In this document: piece by piece, positions 28,714-47,811 of the stretch
Layout of the letters: each line of letters begins with the position of its first letter
How positions within the stretch are numbered: the first letter of the stretch is position 1
DNA from: Trichoplax sp. H2
Lineage: Eukaryota
Length of the DNA stretch: 64,000 nt
Direction: 5' to 3'
Assembly (NCBI GenBank): GCA_003344405.1
Contig: NOWV01000001.1
Span: forward strand, 620,001 to 684,000
Translations under genes and position numbers: made by a program
Notes under the pieces: model-generated
Told to the model about the DNA's origin: nothing
What the model saw: only the letters and a program-made list of their open reading frames with translations
Database searches by the model: none

Positions 28714-31700
28714 TTAATGAATAGTTGTATTTGACATTAGATGTGTATCTATGACTCTTCTAAATCGTTTATGCTTTTGGTATGGTGGTCTTGATTGTGA
28801 TCGATATTTCAATTTACCATGTGCATAATTTTCGTACGATTTCTCTAGAAGTGTAAGAGAAGAAAATGGCATTAAATTCATTGATCTTCATTATCATCAT
28901 GGTAGTTAGTTCATTTCCGAATCTACAATGTTACTCATCTGCAATCTGTTATACCCATTAGATATAGAAGTTATCGCATCTTATGGCATATAATAAAACG
29001 TATACACGTAAGCTAAAAGTAATTACGAATTTAGACTGTACCAATATTAGAACTTTGAGATATTCCAGTCGTATTTTCTCATCATTTATTGGCGATTAAT
29101 TACTTATTTTAATTGCTACTCAAATACTACCATTATTTACGGGTTGCAATATTTTACAGCTCTCATATACTTATAGTCTATGAATGTGTACCAATTTTAT
29201 ATTTTTTCGTAAAAAGAATCGCATCAGGTCTTTTTCCAATAACCAGATGTGTTATTCACATTAACTATCGATAAGCGCACGGAAGGGAACTGGTGATATT
29301 AAAACATTGGCTAGGGTGTTTACTAATAATATATATATTAATCACGGGTATAGTTATATTCATATTGTTTTGTATAATATCTTATAAAATAATAAAATGT
29401 CGAATCTATTCCGCGCTCAATATCAAACATTTTTATTTACGCTAGCTAATCTTATAAATAGGACAGACAACGTTGAAAGTACTGATTTGCTCTATGTCTA
29501 TGAGTTATACTTATGTACAGTACCTATCGTGAGCACATTACTTTCATATTTATTATATAATTGCAATAGAAGGAAAATTTGGTTGGTTATAAGAGTATGG
29601 AAGATAAATGTATCGAATCTATTATCTAGTTGTCACCCCTCGTGCGGTACTTATTTACAGTAACTTTTGAGTGGTTTAGATAATATTGAAATACGGATTA
29701 AAATTTCTTTTTTTGCTTACCGTCTTGACATTCATACCAATGTTTTAAATCTATTGATGGAATAGCATCGCAGTCTGTGATATCCCCTTCGTAATAGACG
29801 TTAAGAAAAACATCATTTTGAACGCGAGTTATATTATCTCCATTATCGCACAGAATCCGTGCTAAACTGCTGCGTTTAATTTGAGTAAGTTGATTAGGAG
29901 AGAATTGAGCTTTATTTTCATACCAAAATCGATCACCAGCACGTAAACGATTAAATTGCAAAGCTATTAAACAAGCAAATGTTGGTCCAACTCGACCTCC
30001 GAATAAAGCATCCTCGGCCATAGCACCAACCCATAAATCAATATTGTTAGGATGTTGATAAGCTTTTTCTAATTTATTTAAAATGGTTCGATTTGTAATC
30101 TCATTGGATAATTCATGAAAATGGGTTGCTGCTGGTAAATTACACATAACACGATAGTGGTTATAACTAGGTAAACCATGATCTCGTCCGCGTTGAATAT
30201 TTAATGAAGCCAAATCGAGAGCAATTTCATGAGCCATACCAAATAAATGATCGGTTAATTCTTCATTTAACATTCTATCTGATCGGCTTAATTTGCTCGG
30301 GAAGAAGATTAACCCACGTAATATTGGATCAATACCACCTTCATGAAGTAATCTTGAAGGTGCAAAAAATGCATCTCTTAAACGTAAATGACCCTGCGGA
30401 ATAGGTTGATATAATTCATTAAGCCGGAATAGAGTTGGTCTTACTGTACCATGGCCAAATCGGAATGCAGCGGTGGCAAATGAATTAATTAACGTCGCGT
30501 CTGCATCCGGTTGGTAGTTCTGATATTTTCCAAGTAGCTTTAAACCTTCTTGACCTAATATTTTAGGTAGGAAATTGTGAAATGTAATATGTTGTATTTC
30601 TGCAATCACTATTTTACGTGCTTCTTGAAATATCTTTTCACCGTTCCAATTATAGTTGAGCTTTTTTAGTTTGCTAGCTATTCGATTGTGTTCCCTCATC
30701 CAGATCGTGTGCATAGCGGTTAATGCTAATTGCTCATTAACTCGAATGTCACCTGCTAAAAAACATGGAACACTTTGATCTTGGTCATCAATCTGGCAAT
30801 CAACCGGGGCGCCATTATGGAAGGGTAATAATCGTTTCCTTGGGGAAATTTTAATACCCTCCTTTAGCAAACCTTCATCATGGTCTAAATCGCGCAAACG
30901 CCTAACTTCTTCTTTGGAAGAACCATAAATAGTCGATCCATCAATATAAGATGTAACTTGATTAAGCTGCTGTCGAGGTAATAGCTCATTAAAAAATATG
31001 CTAGAGAGACCAGTACCACAAGCAGCACTGGAGCGTGTAAATTCGATGCAGGCATCCTTAGGTACTCTCTTATCATTAGGTGCAGGATAGATTGGAAAAC
31101 AAGGAGGGTCATTCCGACATAATTTATCACATGGTATTCTACTTTTATATGTAGATCGACTGCTACTGCCAACAATTAAGCTAATATCGTGGTCAATAAA
31201 TTGGCCCCATTGCATTAACATATGACTGAATGAGCCGTCATCGACAATACTCAATGTTGAAACAATGTTTTGCGAGACAAGTCTTGCCGGTGGACGGACT
31301 AATTTTTTAGTATCCCATCCTATAGGTTCATTTAAATCATCTTCATAAGCTGGACGTAATAATCTTACTAGCTGTGTTAATGTAGTTCCTCGAGAAGGAT
31401 ATTGTAAATTATTACAACTTCCATCATAACTACGATATTTCATATGATAACAGAGGTTTGAACAATCAGGCTGTTTGTACATTTGCTGATTGCAACCAGT
31501 TAAGTTAGCAATCATGGCAATATGTCGTGGCGAGAGAATTTTGCTAAGGTGAGCAAAGGATGATGGAGATATATCTAATCGGCTAGCCAAAATAGATAAT
31601 GAAGTTTCAAAAATTGCATGTCTTGCCACTAATTTGCTCGCATCTGGATTTGGATATCGTAGACTCATAAGTAACGCAGCAGGCGTTCGCTTAATTGTCT

Positions 31701-34520
31701 TGGAGAAAAGTGTCTGTTTAGTTGTAGCAATAGCTTCGTCAACATATTTAACTGCTAGTCTTACAGAATCAAGAATAACACCATCATCAATATAATCAGT
31801 TCTCGGCCCTAAATGCGCAAGAGCAACAATTAGCCATTGACAGATATGTAGTTATTTTATCCCTTAAAATAGCTACTTTCAACCACTTACTTGCTCTTGC
31901 AACTTTAACAATCAATTCAGCTGAAATTAAATCATTGCGATTACGAGCTGTACATGTATATCTGCCAGCGTCAGCAACACCAATGCTGAAAATTCTTAGA
32001 CCGTTTTTTTCAATTTTAATATGGCCAGTATTAATAATTTGCTGATTGTTTTTATACCATACCATAACTGGTGATGGTTTACCGCGAGCACTACAAGGTA
32101 GAAACAAACTGTGTTCTCCTTCGCGAACTTGAATATTGCGTGGTCTCTTGACAAATTGTAGCTTACTAAATCTGCTGTTATAGTCGTCAGCCCATGGATA
32201 AAATCCACCATATTGCAAACATTGATTTCGCTTATCGTCTTCTGATAAAACCCTTATTCTACCACCATGTGAAACAAAATGTTGTTTCATAGCTGGTAGG
32301 CGTCGATAAAAATTTTCAATACCTCTGCTTGTATCTAATCGCTGGCAATGAAATGCATGACTAGGACCCCAAAAGTCATTGTTTATATCGCTAGTAAAGG
32401 CTATTGTAAAAATTATTATTCATGTTATTGCAATAAATAATTTTTTACAGTTTTGTTAGTAAATTATGTAAAGTATCTTTAAAATTTTTCAGAGAGATAC
32501 AAATTATGTTATCTTAGTTTTTTGGTGTTAATGTTAAATTTTATATGATTATACTTACGGCAATATTCAAAATTGATTTCCTTTAATTCTGTAATGGCTT
32601 TGCCATTCAAACTGTCTGGCTTATAGCATGTTGGCCTATTCGATTGGCTTAATTTTACTCTGGCCCTACGTACTATTTGCAGCATTTGACAATCGCATAC
32701 CAGTGGATTCTCGTCTAATCGACTAATTAATTTTTAGGAATATAACATTAAATCTACGATCAATGGCATAATCAAAACTGTCTATAAATGAGGTACTGCT
32801 TGTGTATACGTAATTAAAGGCATGTTAAAATTTAGTAAATGCCAAGTATAGCATTAGAGATAATAAATAGAACATTGTATTAACATACAAATACAGAAAG
32901 ATGATATTTTATTTTACTAAACGATAGGTTGATTCACAAAACAAAGAATTTGCTAATAAGATTCAGAGTAAGCATGAAATATGCACGTTTCAAGTCTTTC
33001 CTTACAGTATAATTAATGACGACAAGATCGGTAATATTCCTTTAGGAATGTGATGAAAATGATTTGATTGAAGGTGTCTAAGTTTTGTGTTTAAAGTGAT
33101 AGAAATAATATAAAAATACTGTATAAAAGGCCATTTTCAACTGCTAATCATTATAATCAGTAAAAAACTTACAATTCTTTTAAATTGTGCAGATATCGAA
33201 AATTGTTCGGATATATATATGTTAGTCGATTGTGGTCAATATACCTTTTTAGATATTACAGGAAATATAATGACTTGGATTAATTTCCTATTTATATTTT
33301 AGGCGACGATATACTTAGATATAAAAATTTATTTAATAAATGATATTCTTAAAACTGTAACTAATAGAAATTTATGACTTTCGATCAAAATTTTAGAATA
33401 GTTACGTCTGCACTACTGCAGTATTATATAACTGTTGTATAGGTGAGTTATGTTGTAGTAGTATCCATTCATTAACGACTCGTTTGTATTTGTTATAATA
33501 AGAAATATGTCTAATTTAGATGGATTGCCGCAGGTACAAAACAGTATCTTTAAAGATCAAGGTAACATCTAATCCTGTATTTGTAGATCTTTAGACGTCT
33601 GTCTAAATTTTAATTTTAAATATTATTGGCGTTAACATAGTTAATTAAACATCGAATGTAGACCTCTTACAGTTTTTTTAATGATGTTAAATCTTCGAAT
33701 GCATTTTCCTCAATAGTTGAAATTTTATTGTAGCTTAATATCCTAATGATGGATTTTAAATAATTAAAAAATGAAAAAGTGAGTAATAGAGTATTTATCT
33801 ACTGTATTACCGTGCATTACAATGGACAGTCTTTGATTTTAGTTGGAATTCTTTTACACCTTCTAATCAATAAAATCGTCACTTGACTTACAAGATATTT
33901 AGTTTGTGAAGATGATTCAGTACTCCTTCTGGGATAATTTCAATCTTATTAAAACGGAGATCCCTAGCACATGTATACGATTTTATATCAAGATATAAAT
34001 CTGAGTTTTTAATGCTAATACTCTAACACATATAACATATCAAATTTTCTTATGCTATAACTGCAATAGTCTATCATATATGCTACAATGATAGATCGGC
34101 TAAAGAAATGAAGAAATTTTGCTAATATTGCGAACTAAAAGTAAGTGTAAAAATCATCGTATAAATTAAATATTGGTAGAGTAATGTACTCTTATAAAAT
34201 ATGTTTCTAACTATCGGCTTACTATCTTGGATAAATGATGAATCTCAACGTACGAGTGCATGACATTATATATTGGATATAATTAATCAATACTTTGATT
34301 CATTGAAAACTATCTTTACTATGTCTACATACAAAGTTAAGGTTTTCGTTGATGTTGGTGGGATACGGATTAAGTCAGCATGTTGGCAATGCATTAAAGT
34401 TTCATCAAGGCAGTTGCATGCAGCTGGGCAGGTAGGACTAATCTTGTTTATCTGACCAAATGCAGTACTGATACATTTAAAGATGATGTACAGATTTATG
34501 ATATACCGTAGGAAATTCAT
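28714..34520 (-). CDS. PXDN: Peroxidasin-like secreted heme peroxidase (signal peptide, LRRNT, 4 LRR, LRRCT, Ig, animal peroxidase domain, basic tail)
   Basis: Exon 1 from 34520 (signal peptide, then CPAACNC..HCQH LRRNT). Four 72-nt LRR exons at ~33892-33963 (DLRFNKIEII), ~33671-33742, ~33173-33244 and ~33007-33078. LRRCT exon ~32559-32722 RLDENPLVCDC. Ig exon 31891-32400 (LPCSARGKPSPVMVWYK..DAGRYTC). Peroxidase exon 29721-31808 with WGQFIDHD, TSYIDGSTIYG, GDIRVNEQ, FRFGH, NIQRGRDHG, GDRFWYE. Inferred terminal exon 28714-28844 is less certain; unspliced read-through would stop at 29698. Confidence 0.92.
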
Positions 34521-35377
34521 CTTCTTCGATGATAAGGAATGTATGATAAAAGTAATTGCAGGAAGTAAAATTCAAATACTAGATGCGGATCGGTTTTATT
34601 GAACGATGATTGGAGGTTAAGGATAAGAACTCTTCATTTAGGTGTTTGAAAAACTTCTTACTACTACAATATCACACAACAACACGAATTCGTCTGTAAC
34701 TATAATAGAGCTGCAGTAAGTACTATCTAACAAGCCGGTTATGAAATTAATGGAACTTTTATATCATAAGCTCACTCATTGATCACACTTATTTTTAACA
34801 CTATCAGTAAGCAAACAAATATTTGATTGTACTTGTAGAAGTCATCGCGAGATGTAAAAAGTTCATAGTAAACAACAAGAGTATCTTGTTATTCAGCTTC
34901 ATTTTTCGCACCCTAGGAGAAAGCTTGAATAGTTTTATTTTTCTTCGTGTTGATAAATTTTGAAAATGGAAATTGATGGAAATTTAAATTTGTACCCATC
35001 ACAACATATAGAGAATATTACAACAAACATTGTATATGCCAGAAGAATTTTTCCTAGCTATTACATTGTATCATATGCAACATTTGATACAGCACTAGGT
35101 ATGACCGTCGACCAGGAACAATGTTGCATAAAATTGTTCTAAAATATCGCTTTTAAGTATTAAGTGTCAGAAATAACATCCATTTCTGATCTAAATATGC
35201 GTTATTATGTTTGCTAGCGTATAGCAGTTGACCCAGGCAATCACAACGACAGTAGTGGAATTATTCATTTTTACAAGATGAGATTCAACCAAAAATGACC
35301 GCAACAAGTAGACTTGGCGAATATTTGAATCGACCTTACTCTTCATGAAGCATTATTTGATGAATAACTTGTAGAGT

Positions 35378-35753
35378 TTATGTAGATTCTTTTTCTTGTC
35401 TTTGTTTTTCAGCTCTGATGGCAGCGATTCTTCGTTTCTAAACAGTGTCAATGGGTTGTTTAGATTTAAATTTGAATCAACTTATCTTCTGTAGTACACT
35501 AAGTACAGTATATTAATAACCATTTTCACACGACTACTTGGACAACAGAATATCATCAAAGCTGCAAATGGCAGAAATACAATGACAACTTTCTTACCAA
35601 TTTCGTATGATGTAAACACTCGAGATAATCATCGAATTCAAGTGTACATTTTTCACCATGTAGGGCACCCACACGAGCCATACAATACATCAGATCTTGC
35701 CATAAAGGGTAGCATCGACCTTTCCCACCAGTTACTCCGTGACTAAACACCAT
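35378..35753 (-). CDS. NDUFS5: NADH:ubiquinone oxidoreductase 15-kDa twin-Cx9C subunit (complex I), 2 coding exons, 71 aa
   Basis: Exon 35598-35753 MVFSHGVTGGKGRCYPLWQDLMYC..EKCTLEFDDYLECLHHTKL plus exon 35378-35437 KRRIAAIRAEKQRQEKEST*. Two Cx9C motifs and the GRC..EDY/DDYLECLHH signature of NDUFS5. Confidence 0.88.
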
Positions 35754-35899
35754 CTTCTAAATCCATGAGAAAAACGAGTTATTATGATTAACAGAACTAT
35801 ACTAACTTTCCTTACTAATATTAGAAGGATACTATTACACAGTTTTATCAGTAAGAGAAAATTCGATTCATAATAACATTTACTTTTCAGTTACAGACC

Positions 35900-37320
35900 T
35901 CAAGCAGATGCCCATCAACGTCAACGATTCAAAATGGCGTTATTGCTTTTTCTGGCTACAGAGGACTAGCGTACTGGTCAATTCGCCGTACGCGCATGCG
36001 CAGTGCTGGGCGGTCATTTGTAATACAGTACGGTGTGGTACAGTATGCCAACTACTAATGACAGTACTCTACTGTATAGTGTACTGTACACCCCAGTAAC
36101 TGTACCTTACAGTGTACAGTGTACAGTACTTTTTTTTTCTATCCGGTCTCTGGCCTTAGTATTGTGGCCAATGGGCATACTGTACAGTGTACAATATGCA
36201 GTAGTTCGGTGGTCTGAGCCTTCTGGGCCACCGTAATACTGTACTGTATAGTACAGTACTGTAGTGTACTCAGTGTACTATAGCTGCCAAAAGGAGAAGT
36301 ACAGTACAATACAGTACAGTAATGAAGAAGAAAGCTGTTGCAGTTGTTGTTTACTAGCATACTGTAGAATCCCATTTATTAATAGGACATGGAGCATATG
36401 TCGTGCTTTTAGTGTTTCAAACACGAACCATTCAGTAGCTATGGAGTATGGCTTTCATTCCAATGTGAAATCACCGATACGAGACTGATTGCTTTTAAAT
36501 GCTGCATGAATGTACGAGAGACAAGCTTGCATCTCCTAAAACATGGTGAGACTACAGTACAGTGCTGAGTGTAGACTGTACTTCCAGTACAGTACACTAC
36601 ACTGTACTGTACACTGTACTGTACACTGTACAGTATAGTGAGATCTACCATAGGAGTGTCTACGCAGACTCAAACATAACTTCAACCATGGCTTCCAGTC
36701 TTTACACACACATGGAGTCCATGGGGGTGATACACAGGGTCGAGGACAATTTGACGCCGACAATTTACCGCTGTACAATGTAGTAGTACTGTATAGAATG
36801 GAAACAATATCAATCTCGATTTGATATTACCAGGATGAATTGAATACTTTGCAGCGTTCAATCCTATACACCGTAAAATGAATCGAATGCAGTAAAGTAT
36901 CTGTTCTGATATGACGAGGGTGGATTGAATATTGAATATTTTACAGCGTAAAATGGATTGAATGCGGTAAATTGAACGAGTCTGTGATACACATGGCTTC
37001 TTTTTAATTCATCATACAGTACTATTCTGTGTCGTACTCTACTGTACTGTACACTGTACTAGAGTCTCAGACTCCCAGCTAATCCCTGATTCTGAGTGTT
37101 CAGTGCTATCACTGCGCAGGGCCGTTACAGTACGGTACGGTAGGGTCTGTCAGCTCACCGACAAACTTCAACATCCTGAAAGGTCAACCGGCAGTCCGGA
37201 ACGCTACTGCACATACATACGATACTGTAGATAGTACAGTATAGCGCGCGCTGCTAGTTGCAATACAAGTCTCTCACTGCAAAAACTGTCAGTTTGGTTC
37301 AAAGGTTGCTCCGTGTGTGC
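35900..37320. promoter_or_regulatory. Bidirectional promoter (NDUFS5/HADHA) with NRF1, YY1 and CCAAT-like motifs and three CAGTA/TACTG clusters
   Basis: CAAAATGGCG (YY1-like) 35930-35939; CGCGCATGCGCA (NRF1 consensus) 35991-36002; CCAAT ~36168; pentamer clusters at ~36020-36370, ~36550-36640 and ~37010-37245; locally more CpG than flanks. Confidence 0.65.
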
Positions 37321-37324
37321 TGCA

Positions 37325-43852
<6,528 letters not shown>

Positions 43853-44707
43853 TAGTAGTTTATGTTTGTATGAGTAAGAATACTTAAAATAATCTTAATG
43901 GTGTCATATAAGTACGTTTAAGAATGAGATCGGATTTTTCCAAGACTTATTGCTTTAAATTTTTGTTTACCGATAATTGATAATTGCACACTGGTGGCAT
44001 AAGCGGCAGTTTACAAAGGTAGTTAAACAGAAAACGTTATCAGAAGCTGTACTGTATACTGAAGGAATTCTTATGAGGTTTTAGAAAATATATTATTTTA
44101 TTGGTAATATTATGCAGTACTGAAATGTGTAAGAAAATAACAATTGAAATAAAAACAATTAAATTATGCATATTCATTTGTCTGCCTTTTATGATGGAAG
44201 GATGTTTTTATTAATAATTGCTTCCTTTTTGAAGCTGAGTTGGTTCACTTTCAGAAATAATAGCGTATATTTCAAAGGAATAATTGTTTTTAAATCTACG
44301 ACGTCACCGTTAAATAAATGCAATTGATATGATCTGTTACGATAATATATAAGTAACATAAGGTTAAATTTGCATTATGATGAATACAGACCATTATACT
44401 GTATATTTAGGAAGAAACAGATGTAGCTCATTTAAATAGCAACAGGTATGCCATATTGCCATTAATTACTTTACCAATTTGGCTGTAGGTTATTTGCATA
44501 ATGTTACTACTTACCTTATATATAAATCTCGCTGTTAAATTCTTGATGTGAGTTTGGAGATACCGATTGGCGAACGGGATATTGGCCTTCCAGTTCCTAG
44601 TACGAGTAGAATTTAATTTTGAAAGATCAATTATCTCTAGATCCTTCTCTGTACTTTTTATCTATTTAATTTTTAATATCACTTTTATCTGATACTTACC
44701 ACTAGAA

Positions 44708-47700
44708 ATGGCAATACCATCAATAGTAAGTCAAAGCTGTTTTGTAAATATTTCTATTTGAAGTCAAAATGTAGCGTCTTTATGATACGGTCGTATTAAA
44801 GCTATTAGATGGTGTACTATCCTTTTTCATGACTAAAAATGTTGTTGTTATCCGTTATACTTGTAGTTCACATTTGACCAGGTACCAGGACAACAGCTAC
44901 ACGCAGCTATAATTCGAAACGATATTGATAACGTTAGACAGCTTCTCAATGAGCCAGATTCCGTTCCAATTGATTGCTCTGACGAAGTAAGTCCACATAC
45001 ATATGTATATAGGCTACTTTACGACAGGATTATACACGTACATAGGCATCCCCAGAGGGAACTTAAATCTGTAATCCTAATTACCAGAGGACGATTTTTT
45101 TGTCATCAGTTTTGATTTATTGCGTAGTGCTAATTTGGACATGAAATAGTCATTTCATGGCACAAAATGGCCTTACTAGTATTAGGCATTTTTAAACGCA
45201 TACAGCACATCAATATCACATGTCATGCAAATATTTCTTACAATCTGGTGGCATTTTTCTAGGATGGTACCACACCTCTCATTCTAGCTGCTGCCAATGG
45301 CTACATTGATATAGTACAATTATTGTTAGATAAAGATGCAAACGTTAATGAGAGGAGGAAGGTAAAATCTTGCTTAGAAAAGATACTAAGATATTACTAT
45401 GAGCAGAATACAGCCGTAATTGTTAACAGATCTTGATTTCGTAGAAGACTTAATTACTATTTACTAGAATTACTGCAGATTCTTGATTTATAACCGTATC
45501 TTCATTATTAATACTATCGCTTTAAACTATAGACCGGGACTACAGCACTCTTTTTTGCAGCACAAGGCGGCCATTTAGAAGTTGTAAATGCCTTACTGGA
45601 GAAAGACGCCGAAGTTGATCTTGGAAATTATGTTAGTAGGCTATATAAACTGATGTAGAACTCTGCACGGATTTTAAAGTATTCATAAACATGAAATCTT
45701 ATCACACATGGTGTCACCTATTTGTCAATTTATGCGTAATAAAACAGATGCGAATGGTAAAATAGCTTATGAAATTGACGATAGGAGCTTCTGGTGTATA
45801 ATTAACTTAGGAAAGTAGCATGCTACGTATTGCTAACATAGATTACTACTCTTACTATACATGATCTGTGTATATTATCAATTTTTACACTTTAGAGCCG
45901 ATACTTTACCCTAAATCTATAGGATAGAATATAAATTATACGATGGCTCATAGCATATATTACAGATTCTAGCACTCAGTTTTAAATTATATACAAATTA
46001 ATAAATATTATTCAACTAATAGCAGATCAATCATAATGCGTACAATTAATACGTAGGATGCGTATAGTCAAGCATCGGATTAACATATTTGTATAATAGT
46101 ATGCCATAAAACAGAATGAAGCGGTCCAAATTTCTCTATTCTACTGTAGCTCATTCCAATCATTTTTATTGACATACATTTTTACCGTACTAAGGATGGA
46201 GGAACTCCGTTACTCATCGCTTCTCAATGTAATCAACCGAAAATTGTCCAGAAATTACTGGAAAATCGCGCTAATGTCAACATAGCAATGAAGGTAATGT
46301 TTATACTACAATACATCATGATTTGTACTATCAGCTACATATTCCCTTGATGTTTTATCCTATTATTATTGCAATTCATAAAATAAAAATAAAATATTAG
46401 TCAGTAACTGTAATACTACCGTACAGGATGGTGCAACTCCAATATTTGTTGCCGCCCAAAACGGCAACGTAGAGGTAGTCAAAATACTCATTGAAAACCA
46501 GGCCAATGTGAATAGTCCAAGGAAGGTAAAAGCATAACGCTGCATATTTTAAATTTAGAAATGTGGTTCTGTACCGATATTGACATATGCACTTCTAAAT
46601 TAACCCTGATAGCTAATTTCTAAATTATTTCTATGATTTGTACGGTACTGGTTGAACATGAAGCAGCTCGTAATATATATTACGCCGTAAATACTGATAC
46701 TAGAATAACTATCACATCTTAATTAAATTTGCTTTCCTTTCACTTCATTTCTCTAACTTGAGATATATTAAATTCTGATTTATGCATGGACATGCCCTAG
46801 TTTTGCAATATGTAACAGAAATATTTTAGGATATATTATAATTATCATGAACTATTTAATCACTAATAGCAGTCAATAGCCACCGTATATCGATACGGAT
46901 TACTTACTACCGTAAGAAAATTTGTAGAACATTTTGATTTAAAAATTGAACGTTGACCTCCTGTCTCATACTTTAGGATATGGCAACTCCACTATGGATT
47001 GCTTGCCAGACAGGTAATTTTGAAATTGTTTCTGAATTACTCAAGGCAGGAGCAGATGTGGACTCACATAGAGAGGTATACATGTATAATTCCCTTTGAA
47101 ACGAGAAACTTTACCGTATTTATTTATTACTAGTACAATTGTGAGCTATAGAAAGGCAATCAATTTATCAATCATGGTCTTAGATTTAATACTACGATTT
47201 CCATATAAATCTGATTAAAATTTTTGATGTTGTGCTATTCCTTTAGGATGGCGGAACTCCATTATTTAAAGCTTGTCATAAAGGCCATACTGCAGTAGTT
47301 CAGGCTTTGCTACAGCATAAACCTTCAATCAATACTCTAAAAGTAAGACAATTGCAATGTTACAATTGCAATCGGAAATTATTTCTAGTTATATAAATAT
47401 ATGTTTATCTCCATTGGCAAGAATTATGATGAAGCTCATTTCTGTCCTTATTTTATCCAGTTTAAAGCTGCCTTTTCTAAATTGTGATATTAATTCATTC
47501 ATACAGAATGGAGAAACACCGTTACATGCAGCGGCACTCTTTGGCCATTTAGAGATTGCAAAGGCTCTGGCTACCGCTGGTGCCGACCCTACCATTGTTA
47601 ATGGGGTATAATGAATATGAGAAAAGTGTTTAGCAATCTCTTTCAAACAAGCGATTATATTTCTTGGGTATATCTACTTACCAGCATTATTTAACATTTA

Positions 47701-47811
47701 TTTTCGAAACAGGATGGTCGAACACCTATTGATCTGGCTAAAGAAGCTAAACATGACAAAATTTTTACGTATTTGTCAAGCGTTCGCCAATCCATGCAAA
47801 CCGTCGTATAA
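44708..47811 (+). CDS. ANKRD29: Ankyrin repeat domain-containing protein 29-like, 10 exons
   Basis: MAIPSI|VPGQQLHAAI..DCSDE|DGTTPLILAAANG..|TGTTALFFAAQGGH..|DGGTPLLIASQ..|DGATPIFVAAQNG..|DMATPLWIACQTG..|DGGTPLFKACHKGH..KPSINTLK|NGETPLHAAALFGH..GADP|DGRTPIDLAK..QTVV*. Repeat order and motifs such as GTTALFFAAQ, PLWIA and LKNG..LHAA match ANKRD29. Internal exons are mostly 99 nt, phase 0. Confidence 0.85.

Noticed and set aside
29698..31668. 656-aa ORF as a stand-alone intronless or horizontally acquired peroxidase
   Set aside because: The frame is open upstream to an acceptor at 31808 and splices in phase to Ig, LRR and signal-peptide exons; it is one exon of peroxidasin.
35908..36783. Cluster of overlapping ORFs rich in Y/S/T/V/Q/C (YSVQYSVQ, TVLYTVLY)
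   Set aside because: These are translations of the CAGTA/TACTG pentamer tracts, not proteins.
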